Below are positions 36,808-46,568 of a DNA stretch of 64,000 nt, one piece after another; positions within the stretch are counted from its first letter, which is position 1, and each line of letters starts with the position of its first letter. The translations under genes were made by a program, and so were the position numbers. This stretch comes from Thermoanaerobaculia bacterium (lineage in GTDB: Bacteria > Acidobacteriota > Thermoanaerobaculia > Gp7-AA8), in NCBI GenBank assembly GCA_035546335.1, contig DATKDP010000106.1, forward strand, positions 85,311 to 149,310, given 5' to 3'. The notes under the pieces were generated by a model, which did not search any database, had not been told where the DNA came from, and saw nothing but the letters and a program-made list of their open reading frames with translations.

Positions 36808-37572
36808 ATGTCGAAGATGAGTCGAGGAAGCCTTGCGTTCGCTGCGGTCGTTCTTTGTCTCGGGTCTTCGGGTCCCGCCGCGGCGTCGGACGCCGCTCCG
36901 GCGAAGGAGGTCGCCGCGCGGGCGATTGGTACGATGGCCGGCCCCGCATGGGATTCGGCGCGCTATCTTTCGTTCACCTTCAATGTCGAGCGGGACGGAA
37001 AGGTCGTCGTTTCATTTCCGCAGAGTTGGGACCGGGAGACGGGTCGCTACAAGGTCAGCGGAAAAACGAACGACGGTCACCAGTTCGTCATCGTTCTCGA
37101 CGTGAATACGCGCCAGGGAAACGTGCTCGTCGACGGGGAGGTCCCTGCGGATTCCGCGGCGTGGCTGGAGCGCGGCTACCGGCGGTTCATCAATGACACG
37201 TACTGGTTGCTCATGCCGCTGAAGATGCTCGATCCGGGAACCCATCTCGAGCCGGCGGGAGCTCGAACCGATGAATGTGGCCGGACCTGGGATGTGGTGA
37301 AACTGACTTTCGACGAGGGCATCGGACTCACTCCGAAGGATCAGTACTGGCCGTGGGTCAATCGCGATACGGGACTGGTCGACCGGTGGGACATGCTGCT
37401 GCAGGGATCGAAGCCGGGCGACGAACCGAGCCCTGTTCATTTTCACCGGTACGAACGGTTCGGCGGGCTGCTCCTGTCGACCGTCCGAGTCACTCAAAGC
37501 GGCCGCATTCTTCTCGGCGACATCGTCGTATCTTCCTCGGTCCCGCCCGGCGCGTTCGAGTTGAAGCCGTGA
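36808..37572 (+). CDS. secreted hypothetical protein
   Basis: ATG 36808 with AGAGG RBS. Signal peptide MSKMSRGSLAFAAVVLCLGSSGPAAA. No recognisable catalytic motif. Confidence 0.5.
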   Translation: MSKMSRGSLAFAAVVLCLGSSGPAAASDAAPAKEVAARAIGTMAGPAWDSARYLSFTFNVERDGKVVVSFPQSWDRETGRYKVSGKTNDGHQFVIVLDVNTRQGNVLVDGEVPADSAAWLERGYRRFINDTYWLLMPLKMLDPGTHLEPAGARTDECGRTWDVVKLTFDEGIGLTPKDQYWPWVNRDTGLVDRWDMLLQGSKPGDEPSPVHFHRYERFGGLLLSTVRVTQSGRILLGDIVVSSSVPPGAFELKP

Positions 37573-37584
37573 GGAGAAACAATC

Positions 37585-37705
37585 GCAGATAGCAGATGGC
37601 AGATGGCAGATGGAGAGGCAGATTGCAGATGGCAGAGGGTAGATGGCAGACCCTCTGCCGTCTACCCTCTGCCTTCTACCCTCTGCCTTCTGCCTTCTGC
37701 CCTCT
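37585..37705. repeat. simple-sequence inverted repeat (CAGATGGCAGA tandem units followed by their complement TCTGCC(A/T)TCTACC)
   Basis: cagatagcagatggcagatggcagatggagaggcagattgcagatggcagagggtagatggcaga | ccctctgccgtctaccctctgccttctaccctctgccttctgcc. Same CAGAT(A/G)GCAGA motif family as at 8975 and 5990. Confidence 0.7.
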
Positions 37706-37709
37706 ACCT

Positions 37710-38735
37710 TCAGGAGCGGTAGCGCGCCGTCGCCAGCTCGACGATCTCGTTGATGGTCTGGATGTAGCTCCTGCCGCTGTCGCGTGCGGCCATGCAGAAT
37801 TCCGCCGATGATGAGAGCCATGGATTCGGATTGGCTTCGATGACGTATGGTTTGCCGTCGTCGGTGACGCGGATGTCGATCCGGCCGTAGTCGCGAAGCT
37901 CGAGCGCCTGATAGGCGGTGACGGCAACCTGCTGAATCGTGGTCATCAGCTCTTCGGGCATGCCGCTGGCGATCGCCGAACGGGTCTTTCGATAGGCTTC
38001 GGTATTCCGCTCGAACTTCACGTCGTAGCCGGCGATTTTCGGCATCCCATCAGGAAGGAAGGAGAAATCGAGCTCGACGAGCGGAAGCGCCTCCGGTTTG
38101 TCGTTGCCGATCACCGCGGCATAGATCTCCCGCCCGTCGATGTACTCCTCGATGAGAGCTGGAGCGTCGAACTCGTCGTGGATGTAGTGAATTCTTTCCA
38201 TCAGCTCCTTGACGCTGGTGACGACCGATCCGCGATCGATTCCGATCGAGCCGTCCTCGGAGGTCGGTTTGACGATGAGCGGGAACTGAATGTCCTGCGC
38301 GTGATCGAGCTTTCCACGATAGGAGACGGCGAAGAAGGGGGTGAGCAGGCCGTGAAAGCGGACGACTTTCTTGGCGACGACCTTGTCCTGGCCGAGATGG
38401 AGGGCACGTGGTCCCGAGCCGGTGTAGCGCTTGCCGAGGAGATCGAGGAAGGCGGCGACGTTGAGGTCCTTGGTGTCGTCCCCGCCGTACGATTCGACCA
38501 GATTGAAGATCAGATCCTCTTTCGTTCGCGCGAGGGCGAGAAGGGTCGGCTCGCGGCCGTCGAGCTCGTGATAGGTGACCTCGTGTCCGAGCTTGGTGAG
38601 CGCATTGAAGATTTCCTCTCGGTCCAGCTTCGGCGGACGCCTCGGCGTTTTTCGTTGCCCGTTCTCTTCTTCTGCTGCGGCACCGGGGTAGTCTTCGGTG
38701 CCTTCCCATCGGTCGTAGAGAATCGTGATCTTCAT
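37710..38735 (-). CDS. ATP-grasp enzyme of the D-alanine--D-alanine ligase family
   Basis: Ddl-like N-domain, then KRYTGSG ... PLIVKPTSEDGSIGI ... EIEANPNPW ATP-grasp signatures. Confidence 0.7.
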   Translation of the reverse strand: MKITILYDRWEGTEDYPGAAAEEENGQRKTPRRPPKLDREEIFNALTKLGHEVTYHELDGREPTLLALARTKEDLIFNLVESYGGDDTKDLNVAAFLDLLGKRYTGSGPRALHLGQDKVVAKKVVRFHGLLTPFFAVSYRGKLDHAQDIQFPLIVKPTSEDGSIGIDRGSVVTSVKELMERIHYIHDEFDAPALIEEYIDGREIYAAVIGNDKPEALPLVELDFSFLPDGMPKIAGYDVKFERNTEAYRKTRSAIASGMPEELMTTIQQVAVTAYQALELRDYGRIDIRVTDDGKPYVIEANPNPWLSSSAEFCMAARDSGRSYIQTINEIVELATARYRS

Positions 38736-38751
38736 CGTTCGGTCATCACTC

Positions 38752-39768
38752 TCATGGATTCACGAACCTCCCTCTCGTAAGATAGTTCATCGCGAGCGTC
38801 GTTGCATACGCGGTCAGCTCGATCAACTGTCTCTCCTCCTTGCCGCGCTCGACCTGCAGGCTCTGTTCGGTCGCGCGCTGCTCGATCGCTTCGATCAGCA
38901 CTTTGACCAGAGAACGCCGGACGCCGGTCCAGTAGGTGACCTTGTCCACGATGCTCTTGCGATGCCGGGCGATCACTTCCGCCGCAGGACGGAAGTTGTT
39001 CGCGTCGGGACCTTCGACGTTGAAGATGTCGGCGAGATCAGTGTCGAGGGGAAGCTCGTTGATGGCCGCCGTCTCGTCGGGCTGATTTTCGCGGTAGAAC
39101 TGCTCGACTGTCGCTTCCATCTCCTCGACCGTGAAATCGATCTCTCCGAGAGGGCGCACGGGTTCACGCCCGGCGACTTCCTTCGCGATGCGGTCGACAT
39201 AGAGGAGCTTGGTGAGAGCCGGCCAGCCGGCGTACTTCTTTCGCCAGTTGCTGCGCGGCGTCAGCCAGACAGCGAACGTTTCCGCGAAGTCCTCGTCGGG
39301 GTGCTTCTGGGCATACCATCCGGCGATGTGACGAACGAAGCGCTTGGAGAAGGGGATGGGGGTGTATTCGTCGCGATAGGCCCGCCGGAACGGCCCGAAG
39401 AGCCGGTGCCATTCGAGCGTTTTGTAGAGCTCGTAGGCGTAATTGAATGCGTGCCCCGCCTCGTGTCGCATGTACATCATGATCTCGCCCTCGTCCTCGA
39501 TGTCGTTGATCGCCTGTTCGATGGCACCCAGGCGGCGGTCGGTGAGGTAGAACGGCACTCCGATGACCGGCTCCTCCGAAGGGCAGCCCCACTGGTCGGT
39601 CAGATAGAACGCGGGACGGAAATGGCTGAGCCCTTTCGCCTCGATCTCCGCATAGAGACGCCGGATGTACTCTTCGACGGGCGAGCCTTCGATCTTCAGC
39701 CCGAGCTGGCTGATCGGCTTTCTGAGTACTTCCTCCCCCTCGGGAGGGGTCTTCTCGAACGCTCTCAT
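38752..39768 (-). CDS. putative zinc-binding metallopeptidase (HExxH; Mx-like family)
   Basis: Start MRAFEKTPP (cat 39766-39768), chosen to avoid 86-nt overlap with the GGDEF gene. HEAGHAFNY motif. Co-directional, 17 nt downstream of the ATP-grasp gene. Confidence 0.55.
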   Translation of the reverse strand: MRAFEKTPPEGEEVLRKPISQLGLKIEGSPVEEYIRRLYAEIEAKGLSHFRPAFYLTDQWGCPSEEPVIGVPFYLTDRRLGAIEQAINDIEDEGEIMMYMRHEAGHAFNYAYELYKTLEWHRLFGPFRRAYRDEYTPIPFSKRFVRHIAGWYAQKHPDEDFAETFAVWLTPRSNWRKKYAGWPALTKLLYVDRIAKEVAGREPVRPLGEIDFTVEEMEATVEQFYRENQPDETAAINELPLDTDLADIFNVEGPDANNFRPAAEVIARHRKSIVDKVTYWTGVRRSLVKVLIEAIEQRATEQSLQVERGKEERQLIELTAYATTLAMNYLTRGRFVNP

Positions 39769-39838
39769 GGCCACTGCGATGAGCAACACGGCTGCCAGTG
39801 GTCGGGACCGGCAGCGACTTCGATCTTCGAGGCGATCC

Positions 39839-40969
39839 CTATGCGATCCCGAGCTCTTCGGGGGCGCGATCGCTGACGACGATCCGGTTCTTCCCTTCGG
39901 ATTTCGCCTGGTACATCGCGCCATCGGCGCGCTTCAGCAACTGTTCCTTTTCCGCTTCGATCTTCCGCTCTCCACTCCGCGGGACGAACGCAGCGATCCC
40001 GATCGACGCCGAGATCAGGCCGCGCAGGTGGACGGCAGGCAGCCCGAAGCCGTATTCGCGCTGAAGGAACGTGGTCTCTTCGACCGCAGCACGGATTCGC
40101 TCGGCGATCCGGGACCCTTCCACCAGCGGTGTATCGGGCAGGATCATCACGAACTCGTCACCGCCGTAACGCGAAACGACGGAATCGGGAACGGTGATCA
40201 CCCGCTTGAGGAGAAATGCGACTTCGCGGAGAACCTGGCTGCCGGCCAGGTGGCCGTATCGATCGTTGACGGCCTTGAAATTGTCCAGATCCATGAAGAG
40301 AAGAACAAATTCACGACCACTATCCGCCGTTTCCAGGACCAGCTCGTGAAGCCGCACGTGAAACCAGCGATCGTTGTACAGGCCGGTCAGATCGTCACGC
40401 TTTGCCAGCTCCTGAGCGCGCTTCGCATCGAGGGCGTTCTGCAGGGTGAAGGAGGTGTAGCCGGCGAAGATCTCGAGAAGGGTCATGTCGCGGTCGGTGA
40501 ACGGTTTGCCGTCGCCACGATTCACCAGCTCGAGAACACCACAGACGCTCTTTCCGATGTAGATCGGAACGCAGACGACGGACTGGGTCTGGTGTCCCAC
40601 CTTCTCGTCGATCTCGGCGAAGAAGTAGGCGTCCTGATGAACGTCAGCCGAGAGGTAAGGGTGCCCTGTCTGGTAGACGCGGCCGGCGATGCCGTGAGAA
40701 GCCGAGAATCGCCTCCCGATCAGATCGCTGCTCGCCTGGCCGAACGCGGCGATGAAAACCAGATCATTCTGATCTTTCGTCGGAACTTTCAGGAATGGAT
40801 CGTCGAGCAGGATCGAGCCCGATTCCGAGGGGACGAACTCGTAGGCCCTCAGCAGAATCTGGCGCAAAAGGACGTCGAGACCGATTTCGGATCTCAGGCC
40901 GAGCGCTGCCTTCTGGCGCTCGAGAAAGCGCTCGAGTTCCGGCAGCTCGAGTGAGTGCACCTGAAGCAT
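39839..40969 (-). CDS. GAF domain-containing diguanylate cyclase (GGDEF)
   Basis: N-terminal GAF. C-terminal GGDEF with RYGGDEF active site and the DLDNFKAVND motif. Confidence 0.85.
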   Translation of the reverse strand: MLQVHSLELPELERFLERQKAALGLRSEIGLDVLLRQILLRAYEFVPSESGSILLDDPFLKVPTKDQNDLVFIAAFGQASSDLIGRRFSASHGIAGRVYQTGHPYLSADVHQDAYFFAEIDEKVGHQTQSVVCVPIYIGKSVCGVLELVNRGDGKPFTDRDMTLLEIFAGYTSFTLQNALDAKRAQELAKRDDLTGLYNDRWFHVRLHELVLETADSGREFVLLFMDLDNFKAVNDRYGHLAGSQVLREVAFLLKRVITVPDSVVSRYGGDEFVMILPDTPLVEGSRIAERIRAAVEETTFLQREYGFGLPAVHLRGLISASIGIAAFVPRSGERKIEAEKEQLLKRADGAMYQAKSEGKNRIVVSDRAPEELGIA

Positions 40970-41008
40970 GGCGATCAGTCGCGTCTGAAGGCGGAAACCA
41001 CTCGGGTA

Positions 41009-41407
41009 TTATAGGTTGCGCGGCTCGGGGCTCTCAAACAATCTCCCTTCCGCCTCGCGGGCCTCCACTTCGAAGCCGATCGCACCATAGGCGGCTGCCG
41101 AGCTCAGCCCTCTGCGGCGCAGGGAGCAGTATTCGCGCAGGTATTGCCACCCAAAACGAAACAAGCCGAGGCGGCGAGCCTGTTCGACGTGGACGAGCTC
41201 GTGCCGGATCGTGGCTTCGAGCCGGAGGCGATCGCCAAGCAGGCTGGAGGCGACGAAGACGCGCCGGCCCAACGTGATGGCGATCACCCCGCGGAAGAGG
41301 ACCAGACGCAGCCAGAGAGGAAAGCCGATCCGGAGGCGGGCACCGTGAGCCGCGAGAGCGGACGCCGCCGCCGAGGAAAGGATGGAGGTGAATCGGTCGT
41401 CCGGCAT
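41009..41407 (-). CDS. small HExxH protein, DUF4157-like (putative metallopeptidase-like)
   Basis: 132 aa from MPDDRF. IRHELVHVEQ motif resembles the HEL.HV.Q signature of DUF4157. Confidence 0.4.
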   Translation of the reverse strand: MPDDRFTSILSSAAASALAAHGARLRIGFPLWLRLVLFRGVIAITLGRRVFVASSLLGDRLRLEATIRHELVHVEQARRLGLFRFGWQYLREYCSLRRRGLSSAAAYGAIGFEVEAREAEGRLFESPEPRNL

Positions 41408-41546
41408 CGATCCGATTCTACGCCGCAGTTCCGGAGATTCTTCGTATGTTGGTTGCTGACACGGTCGCACCGTTTTGCTATCGTTAGCCGACACCCATCC
41501 CTCAAATCCGAAATCGAGAAAAAGTCGCCTGCAGGAGGAAACGCAC

Positions 41547-42557
41547 GTGGGCAAGATTACAGCGGAGTACATATGGATCGATGGCCAGAGGCCGACAGCG
41601 AAGCTTCGATCGAAGACGAAGATCATCGACGGTCCGGCCCGAAGTCTCGGCGACCTCCCCGAGTGGGGTTATGACGGATCGAGCACGTCCCAGGCATCGG
41701 GGCACTTCAGCGATCTTCTTTTGAAGCCGGTCAAGTTGGTTCCCGATCCTCTCCATCGGGAGGACGACGTTCTCGTCCTGTGCGAGGTATTCAATCCCGA
41801 CGGCACAGTTCACTGGAGCAACACGCGGGCAGCGCTTCGCGAGGTGACGGAGAAATTCAGCAAGCACGATCCGTGGTTCGGAATCGAACAGGAGTACACG
41901 TTCTTCGAAGGCAATCGACCCCTCGGGTGGCCGGACAAGGGCTTTCCGGCACCTCAGGGAGGGTACTACTGCGGCGTTGGCAGTGACGAGGTCTTCGGCC
42001 GCGAAGTCGTCGAAGCGCACGCCGATGCCTGTCTGCGCGCCGGGCTGTCGCTCGAAGGAACCAACGCCGAGGTGATGCCGGCGCAGTGGGAGTTTCAGAT
42101 CGGGCCGCTCTCTCCGCTGGAGATGGCTGACCAGTTGTGGCTGGGGCGCTGGCTGCTCTATCGCATCGGTGAGGAGTTCGGCGTGAGCGCCACGTTGTAC
42201 CCGAAGCCGGTCAAGGGCGACTGGAATGGAGCCGGAGCGCACACGAACTTCTCGACGAAGGCGATGCGCGAGGATGGCGGGATGAAGTCGATCGAAGAGG
42301 CGATGAGCAAGCTTGCAGCGAGGCACGATGACCACATGAAGGTCTATGGAGCGCACAACGAGGAGCGTCTGACGGGTCTGCACGAGACCGCCCCGATTCA
42401 CGAATTTCGCTTCGGAATCAGCGATCGAGGAGCCTCCGTCCGCATCCCGATGGCGACGGCGAAGCTCGGCCGAGGCTACTTCGAAGATCGGCGCCCGGCG
42501 GCGAACATGGATCCATATCAGGTCTGCGCAATTCTGATCGAAACAGTCTGTTCGTAA
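41547..42557 (+). CDS. glnII: glutamine synthetase type II (eukaryote-like GSII)
   Basis: GTG start with AGGAGGA RBS. KITAEYIWIDG N-terminus. GSII length (336 aa) and catalytic-domain motifs (NAEVMPAQWEFQIGP; GDWNGAGAHTNFST). Confidence 0.85.
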   Translation: MGKITAEYIWIDGQRPTAKLRSKTKIIDGPARSLGDLPEWGYDGSSTSQASGHFSDLLLKPVKLVPDPLHREDDVLVLCEVFNPDGTVHWSNTRAALREVTEKFSKHDPWFGIEQEYTFFEGNRPLGWPDKGFPAPQGGYYCGVGSDEVFGREVVEAHADACLRAGLSLEGTNAEVMPAQWEFQIGPLSPLEMADQLWLGRWLLYRIGEEFGVSATLYPKPVKGDWNGAGAHTNFSTKAMREDGGMKSIEEAMSKLAARHDDHMKVYGAHNEERLTGLHETAPIHEFRFGISDRGASVRIPMATAKLGRGYFEDRRPAANMDPYQVCAILIETVCS

Positions 42558-42562
42558 AACGT

Positions 42563-42632
42563 TCCGGTGGTGGCGCTTCGCGCTCACGACCGGCTGTGGT
42601 CACGGCATCCTTTCAGGATGCAATCCTGTGCG
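42563..42632. repeat. double-hairpin terminator-like element, copy 2, between convergent glnII and ABC substrate-binding protein genes
   Basis: ttccggtggtggcgcttcgcgctcacgaccgg ... ggcatcctttcaggatgc. About 85% identical to 22414..22485. Confidence 0.65.
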
Positions 42633-42678
42633 GCAGCGAAAGCGCCTCTTTCAACATCAGCCGAATCGTGGAGCGTTT

Positions 42679-44244
42679 CTACTCGATGCGGATCTGCGGC
42701 ACCGAGAGGAGAAAGCCCCACGGGTCCATCCGGAACCCATCGACGTTGAAGCGCATGACCGCTACGTTGATCTGGTTGTAGAGTGAGATGTAGGGAAGGT
42801 CCTCGGCGAGGATTCTCTGAAGCTCGGCATACGACTCCCGTCTCTTTTCGCGATCGAACGTCGAACGTCCCTGCACGATCAGCTCGTCGACTCTCGGATT
42901 GCGGTAGTAGCCCCGATTCTGCCCCTCGGGCGGAACGCTGCTCGAGTGAAAGATCACATGATAGAAATCGGGATCGACCACGCCCGCTCGCGAGAGAGAG
43001 AACAGCTGAAAACGACCCTGCTGGATCTCTTCGTAGAACGTCCCGAACTCCGAGGAGTTGATCTCGACCTCGATTCCAACCTGATTGAGCATCTGCTGGA
43101 TCATCTGCGCGCGTTGGTTCGCTTCGGCATCGGTCGAGGTTTTGAAGGAGAGCTTGAATCGCGAGCGAGGTCCGTCACCATCAGGATCCCGGTGACCTGC
43201 CTGGTCGAGCAGCATCTTCGCCCGCTCCGGATCGTGACTGTAGCTCGGCAATCCACTGGCATGCGCCCAGTGGCTCTCAGGCAGCATCGTCTCGGTGACG
43301 ACCCCGTAACCGCGCTGCAGATCGCGCACGATCCGTTCGCGATCGATCGCATGGGCGATCGCCTGGCGGACGGTTCTGTTGCGCAGGATGGGATCGTGGA
43401 GATTGAATGCGAGATACTGGTAGATCGCGCCGGGCTCCCTGACCACCTTGAACTCGTTGCTCTGTTCGAACTGCGGGATGGAATCGTTGGGAATTGCGTT
43501 GATCTCGAAGTTCACGCTCCCCTTGCGCAGCTCCAGAACGCGGGTCGTCGCATCGGGGATGATCCGCGCGATCACGCGGCGGACCTTCGGTTTTCCGAGG
43601 TGCCAGTCGTCGAATGCTTCCATGACGAGACGATCATCGGGGCGGAACTCGACGACGCGATAGGGTCCTGCGCCGATCGGTTTGCTGCGGTAGACTTCGG
43701 GATCGGCTCCCCGGGGAAGGATCCCCAGAGTGAGGTTGGCGAAGAGTCCGCCATTCGGTTCTTTCAGCCGGAAGACGACCGTGTGGGGGTCGGGCGCCTC
43801 GATCCGATCGACCGCGTCGTAGCCGGCCTTTTTCGGCGAGTCGAATGCCTCGTCCATCAGGGAGTCGTACGTGAACTTCACGTCCGCGGAGGTCACCGGC
43901 TGACCATTGTGAAAGCGCGCATTGCGGTTCAGATGAAAGATGATCGTTCGATCGTCCGGCGTTTCCCATCGCTCGGCGACGTCGGGGGCGTAATCGCTTT
44001 CGGGCGTCAAGCGGACCAGGCCGCTGTAGATCAGGTCGTAGATACGTCCCGACGCGTTGTCGTTGCCGATCCGAACGTCCAGATTCGTCGGTGTGCTGGA
44101 GAAGGGGATGATCAGCGCCTGCGCATCCCCCGAAGCGGTGCCTCCCGGGGCCTCGCGGCGACCGCATGCGGCGGCGATCGAGGCGATCAGAACAAGCGAC
44201 AATACGAGCAGCGGAATGTCCCTTTGCAGCGTTCGATTCTTCAT
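42679..44244 (-). CDS. ABC transporter substrate-binding lipoprotein, family 5 (peptide/nickel/opine type)
   Basis: Start MKNRTLQRDIPLLVLSLVLIASIAAACG (lipobox). SBP_bac_5 fold features throughout. Confidence 0.8.
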   Translation of the reverse strand: MKNRTLQRDIPLLVLSLVLIASIAAACGRREAPGGTASGDAQALIIPFSSTPTNLDVRIGNDNASGRIYDLIYSGLVRLTPESDYAPDVAERWETPDDRTIIFHLNRNARFHNGQPVTSADVKFTYDSLMDEAFDSPKKAGYDAVDRIEAPDPHTVVFRLKEPNGGLFANLTLGILPRGADPEVYRSKPIGAGPYRVVEFRPDDRLVMEAFDDWHLGKPKVRRVIARIIPDATTRVLELRKGSVNFEINAIPNDSIPQFEQSNEFKVVREPGAIYQYLAFNLHDPILRNRTVRQAIAHAIDRERIVRDLQRGYGVVTETMLPESHWAHASGLPSYSHDPERAKMLLDQAGHRDPDGDGPRSRFKLSFKTSTDAEANQRAQMIQQMLNQVGIEVEINSSEFGTFYEEIQQGRFQLFSLSRAGVVDPDFYHVIFHSSSVPPEGQNRGYYRNPRVDELIVQGRSTFDREKRRESYAELQRILAEDLPYISLYNQINVAVMRFNVDGFRMDPWGFLLSVPQIRIE

Positions 44245-44354
44245 TGCGACTCCTCGCGCGACTTCGTCATCGCGGCTTGACCTACAAGAGCGATGCCTGT
44301 TGTATGATGCACGTCCGAACCGGAGCCCTCCAATCGCGGAGCAGATTCTTCCTG

Positions 44355-46532
44355 ATGTCCAAGTCACTTCTCTTCAAGCAGATGCTCATCCTCCTCGCCC
44401 TCGCCGGCGCAGTCGTGGCCGTGGCGAGCAGGCTCCCTCTGCACGCCCAGGGCGAGCGCCCTCGCGTGATCGTTCTCGGATTCGACGGCGTCGACGCCCG
44501 CTATACCGAGCAGTGGATGCGCGAAGGTAAACTGCCCAACCTGGCACGACTTGCGGAGAAAGGAACATACCGCCCGCTCCGGCCTACGATTCCGGCGCAA
44601 ACACCGGTCTCGTGGTCGACCTTCTCGACGGGGATCGATCCGGGCCGCACCGGGATCTTCGACTTTCTCAAGCGCGATCCGAAAACCTACCTCCCCATCT
44701 TCGCCGCGTTCGAGGAGACGACTGTTCCGCTGCTGTTCGGCGAACGGAACAAGCTCGTGGCTTCTGCGATCGCGCTCCTTCTCTCGTTCGGTGTACTCTT
44801 CCTTCTTCTCCGCCTGATCCGACGGACGCCGCGAACCGCTTTGGCCATCGCCATGGTCCCTGCAATTCTCGCCGGCGTGCTCGCCTGGTGGTGGACCGCC
44901 CGCTACATTCCGATCACGCGTCCCGGGGTGGTGAATCATAGGCAGGGGATTCCGATGTGGGACGTCGTCTCTCGTGCGGGATTGAAGGCTCAGGTGATCC
45001 ACGTGCCGGTGACGTTTCCCGCCACGGATCTCGACGGCGGCGGCCACATGCTCTCAGGCCTCGGCGTCCCCGATATCTCCGGGCGGATCGGCAAACCGTT
45101 CTACTTCACATCCGAGCTCGACTTCCGCCCGGGCGGCTCGTCGAACGAGTTTTCCATCGAGGTCGTGCAGCTGGAGGACAACCGCGGCGTCATTCAAACG
45201 GAGATCGTCGGGCCGCCCAACAAACTCTTCAAGTATCCGCCGTACATCCGGATCCCGATGACGCTGACCGTGCCTGAGGACCGCAGCGCTCTTCAGGTCG
45301 AAGTCGGCGGGCAACGGTTCTCACTGACGCCGGGATCATGGAGCGACTGGACGATGTTCGATTTCGAGCTCAATCGCGTGATCAGCGTGCACGGCACGAG
45401 TCGCTTCTATCTGATGGAGCTCACCCCGGAGATCAAGCTCTACCTCTCGCCGATCAATTTCGATCCACGGCGCCTTCCGCCCGGGCTGAAGATCTCGACT
45501 CCCTCGGGGTGGGCGCGCGATCTCGCCCGGGAGTACGGACTCTACAAGACGATGGGATGGGCGATCGACACCTGGGCGATCTCCGAGGGCTTCGCCAACG
45601 AGCAGATGTTCTGGGACGACATGAACTGGACCGTCGATCAGTTCAGAACGATGTTCCGCGGATTCCTCTCGAGCCGCGACGACCTGCTCATCCAGTGCTT
45701 CGAGTTTCCCGATCGGGTGGGCCACGTCTTCTGGCGTTTCGTCGATCCGCAGCATCCGGCCTACGACGCGGAGCTGGCGGCGAAGTGGAGCGATGGACTT
45801 CTAAGGTCGTACCAGATCATGGATCAGATCGTGGGCGAAGCGATGCAGGAAGCGGATCGCCATGGTGCTGCGCTGATCGTGATGTCCGATCATGGCTTTT
45901 CGACCTGGCGCAAATCGATCAACTACAACACCTGGCTGGTCCAGAACGGCTATCTCGGGCTGCGCGCTGGAGTCGAGGCGAAGGAGCGAACGCTCGAGAT
46001 ACTCTTCGATCAGGGGCAGTTCTGGGAGAACGTCGACTGGTCGAGGACGCGCGCCTATGCGATGGGGCTCGGCAATGTCTACATCAATCTGAAAGGACGC
46101 GAGGCTCAGGGGATCGTCGAGCCGGGCGCCGAATACGATCGGCTCAAGCAGGAGTTGAAGGAGCGACTCGAAGCGATCGTCGATCCCGAAACAGGGGAGC
46201 GACCCGTCTCGCGCGTCTTCACGCGCGAGGAGGCCTATCGCTCGTTCGATCCGAATCTGATCCCCGATCTGTTCGTGACCAACAACCTCGGATACCGTGT
46301 ATCGTGGCAGACGTCCCTCGGAGGCATTCAGAAAGAGCTGTTCGAGATCAACGAGCGCGTCTGGAGCGGCGATCATTGTTCGCTCGATCCGGAGCTGGTC
46401 AAGGGGATCTTCTTCTACAACCGGAAGCTCGCGACGGATCGTGAGCCTTACATCGCCGACATCTACCCCACGGTGCTCGATCTGCTGGGATTGGCACCAC
46501 CTTACGAGCTCGACGGCGAGACTTTGAAGTGA
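44355..46532 (+). CDS. alkaline-phosphatase-superfamily type I phosphodiesterase / nucleotide pyrophosphatase-like enzyme with internal TM hairpin
   Basis: Signal peptide. VIVLGFDGVDARY and PAQTPVSWSTFSTG (catalytic Thr loop of the PF01663 type). An inserted pair of hydrophobic helices (LVASAIALLLSFGVLFLLL...LAIAMVPAILAGVLAWWW) lies inside the catalytic domain. Confidence 0.6.
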   Translation: MSKSLLFKQMLILLALAGAVVAVASRLPLHAQGERPRVIVLGFDGVDARYTEQWMREGKLPNLARLAEKGTYRPLRPTIPAQTPVSWSTFSTGIDPGRTGIFDFLKRDPKTYLPIFAAFEETTVPLLFGERNKLVASAIALLLSFGVLFLLLRLIRRTPRTALAIAMVPAILAGVLAWWWTARYIPITRPGVVNHRQGIPMWDVVSRAGLKAQVIHVPVTFPATDLDGGGHMLSGLGVPDISGRIGKPFYFTSELDFRPGGSSNEFSIEVVQLEDNRGVIQTEIVGPPNKLFKYPPYIRIPMTLTVPEDRSALQVEVGGQRFSLTPGSWSDWTMFDFELNRVISVHGTSRFYLMELTPEIKLYLSPINFDPRRLPPGLKISTPSGWARDLAREYGLYKTMGWAIDTWAISEGFANEQMFWDDMNWTVDQFRTMFRGFLSSRDDLLIQCFEFPDRVGHVFWRFVDPQHPAYDAELAAKWSDGLLRSYQIMDQIVGEAMQEADRHGAALIVMSDHGFSTWRKSINYNTWLVQNGYLGLRAGVEAKERTLEILFDQGQFWENVDWSRTRAYAMGLGNVYINLKGREAQGIVEPGAEYDRLKQELKERLEAIVDPETGERPVSRVFTREEAYRSFDPNLIPDLFVTNNLGYRVSWQTSLGGIQKELFEINERVWSGDHCSLDPELVKGIFFYNRKLATDREPYIADIYPTVLDLLGLAPPYELDGETLK

Positions 46533-46568
46533 GAATCGTTCAACAGCACCGAAAAATCAGGCGTTCTC

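Noticed and set aside
41408-41546. Possible sigma-54 (-24/-12) promoter upstream of glnII (cggtcgcaccgttttgct)
   Set aside because: Spacing between the GG and GC elements does not fit the GG-N10-GC rule, so it was not called.
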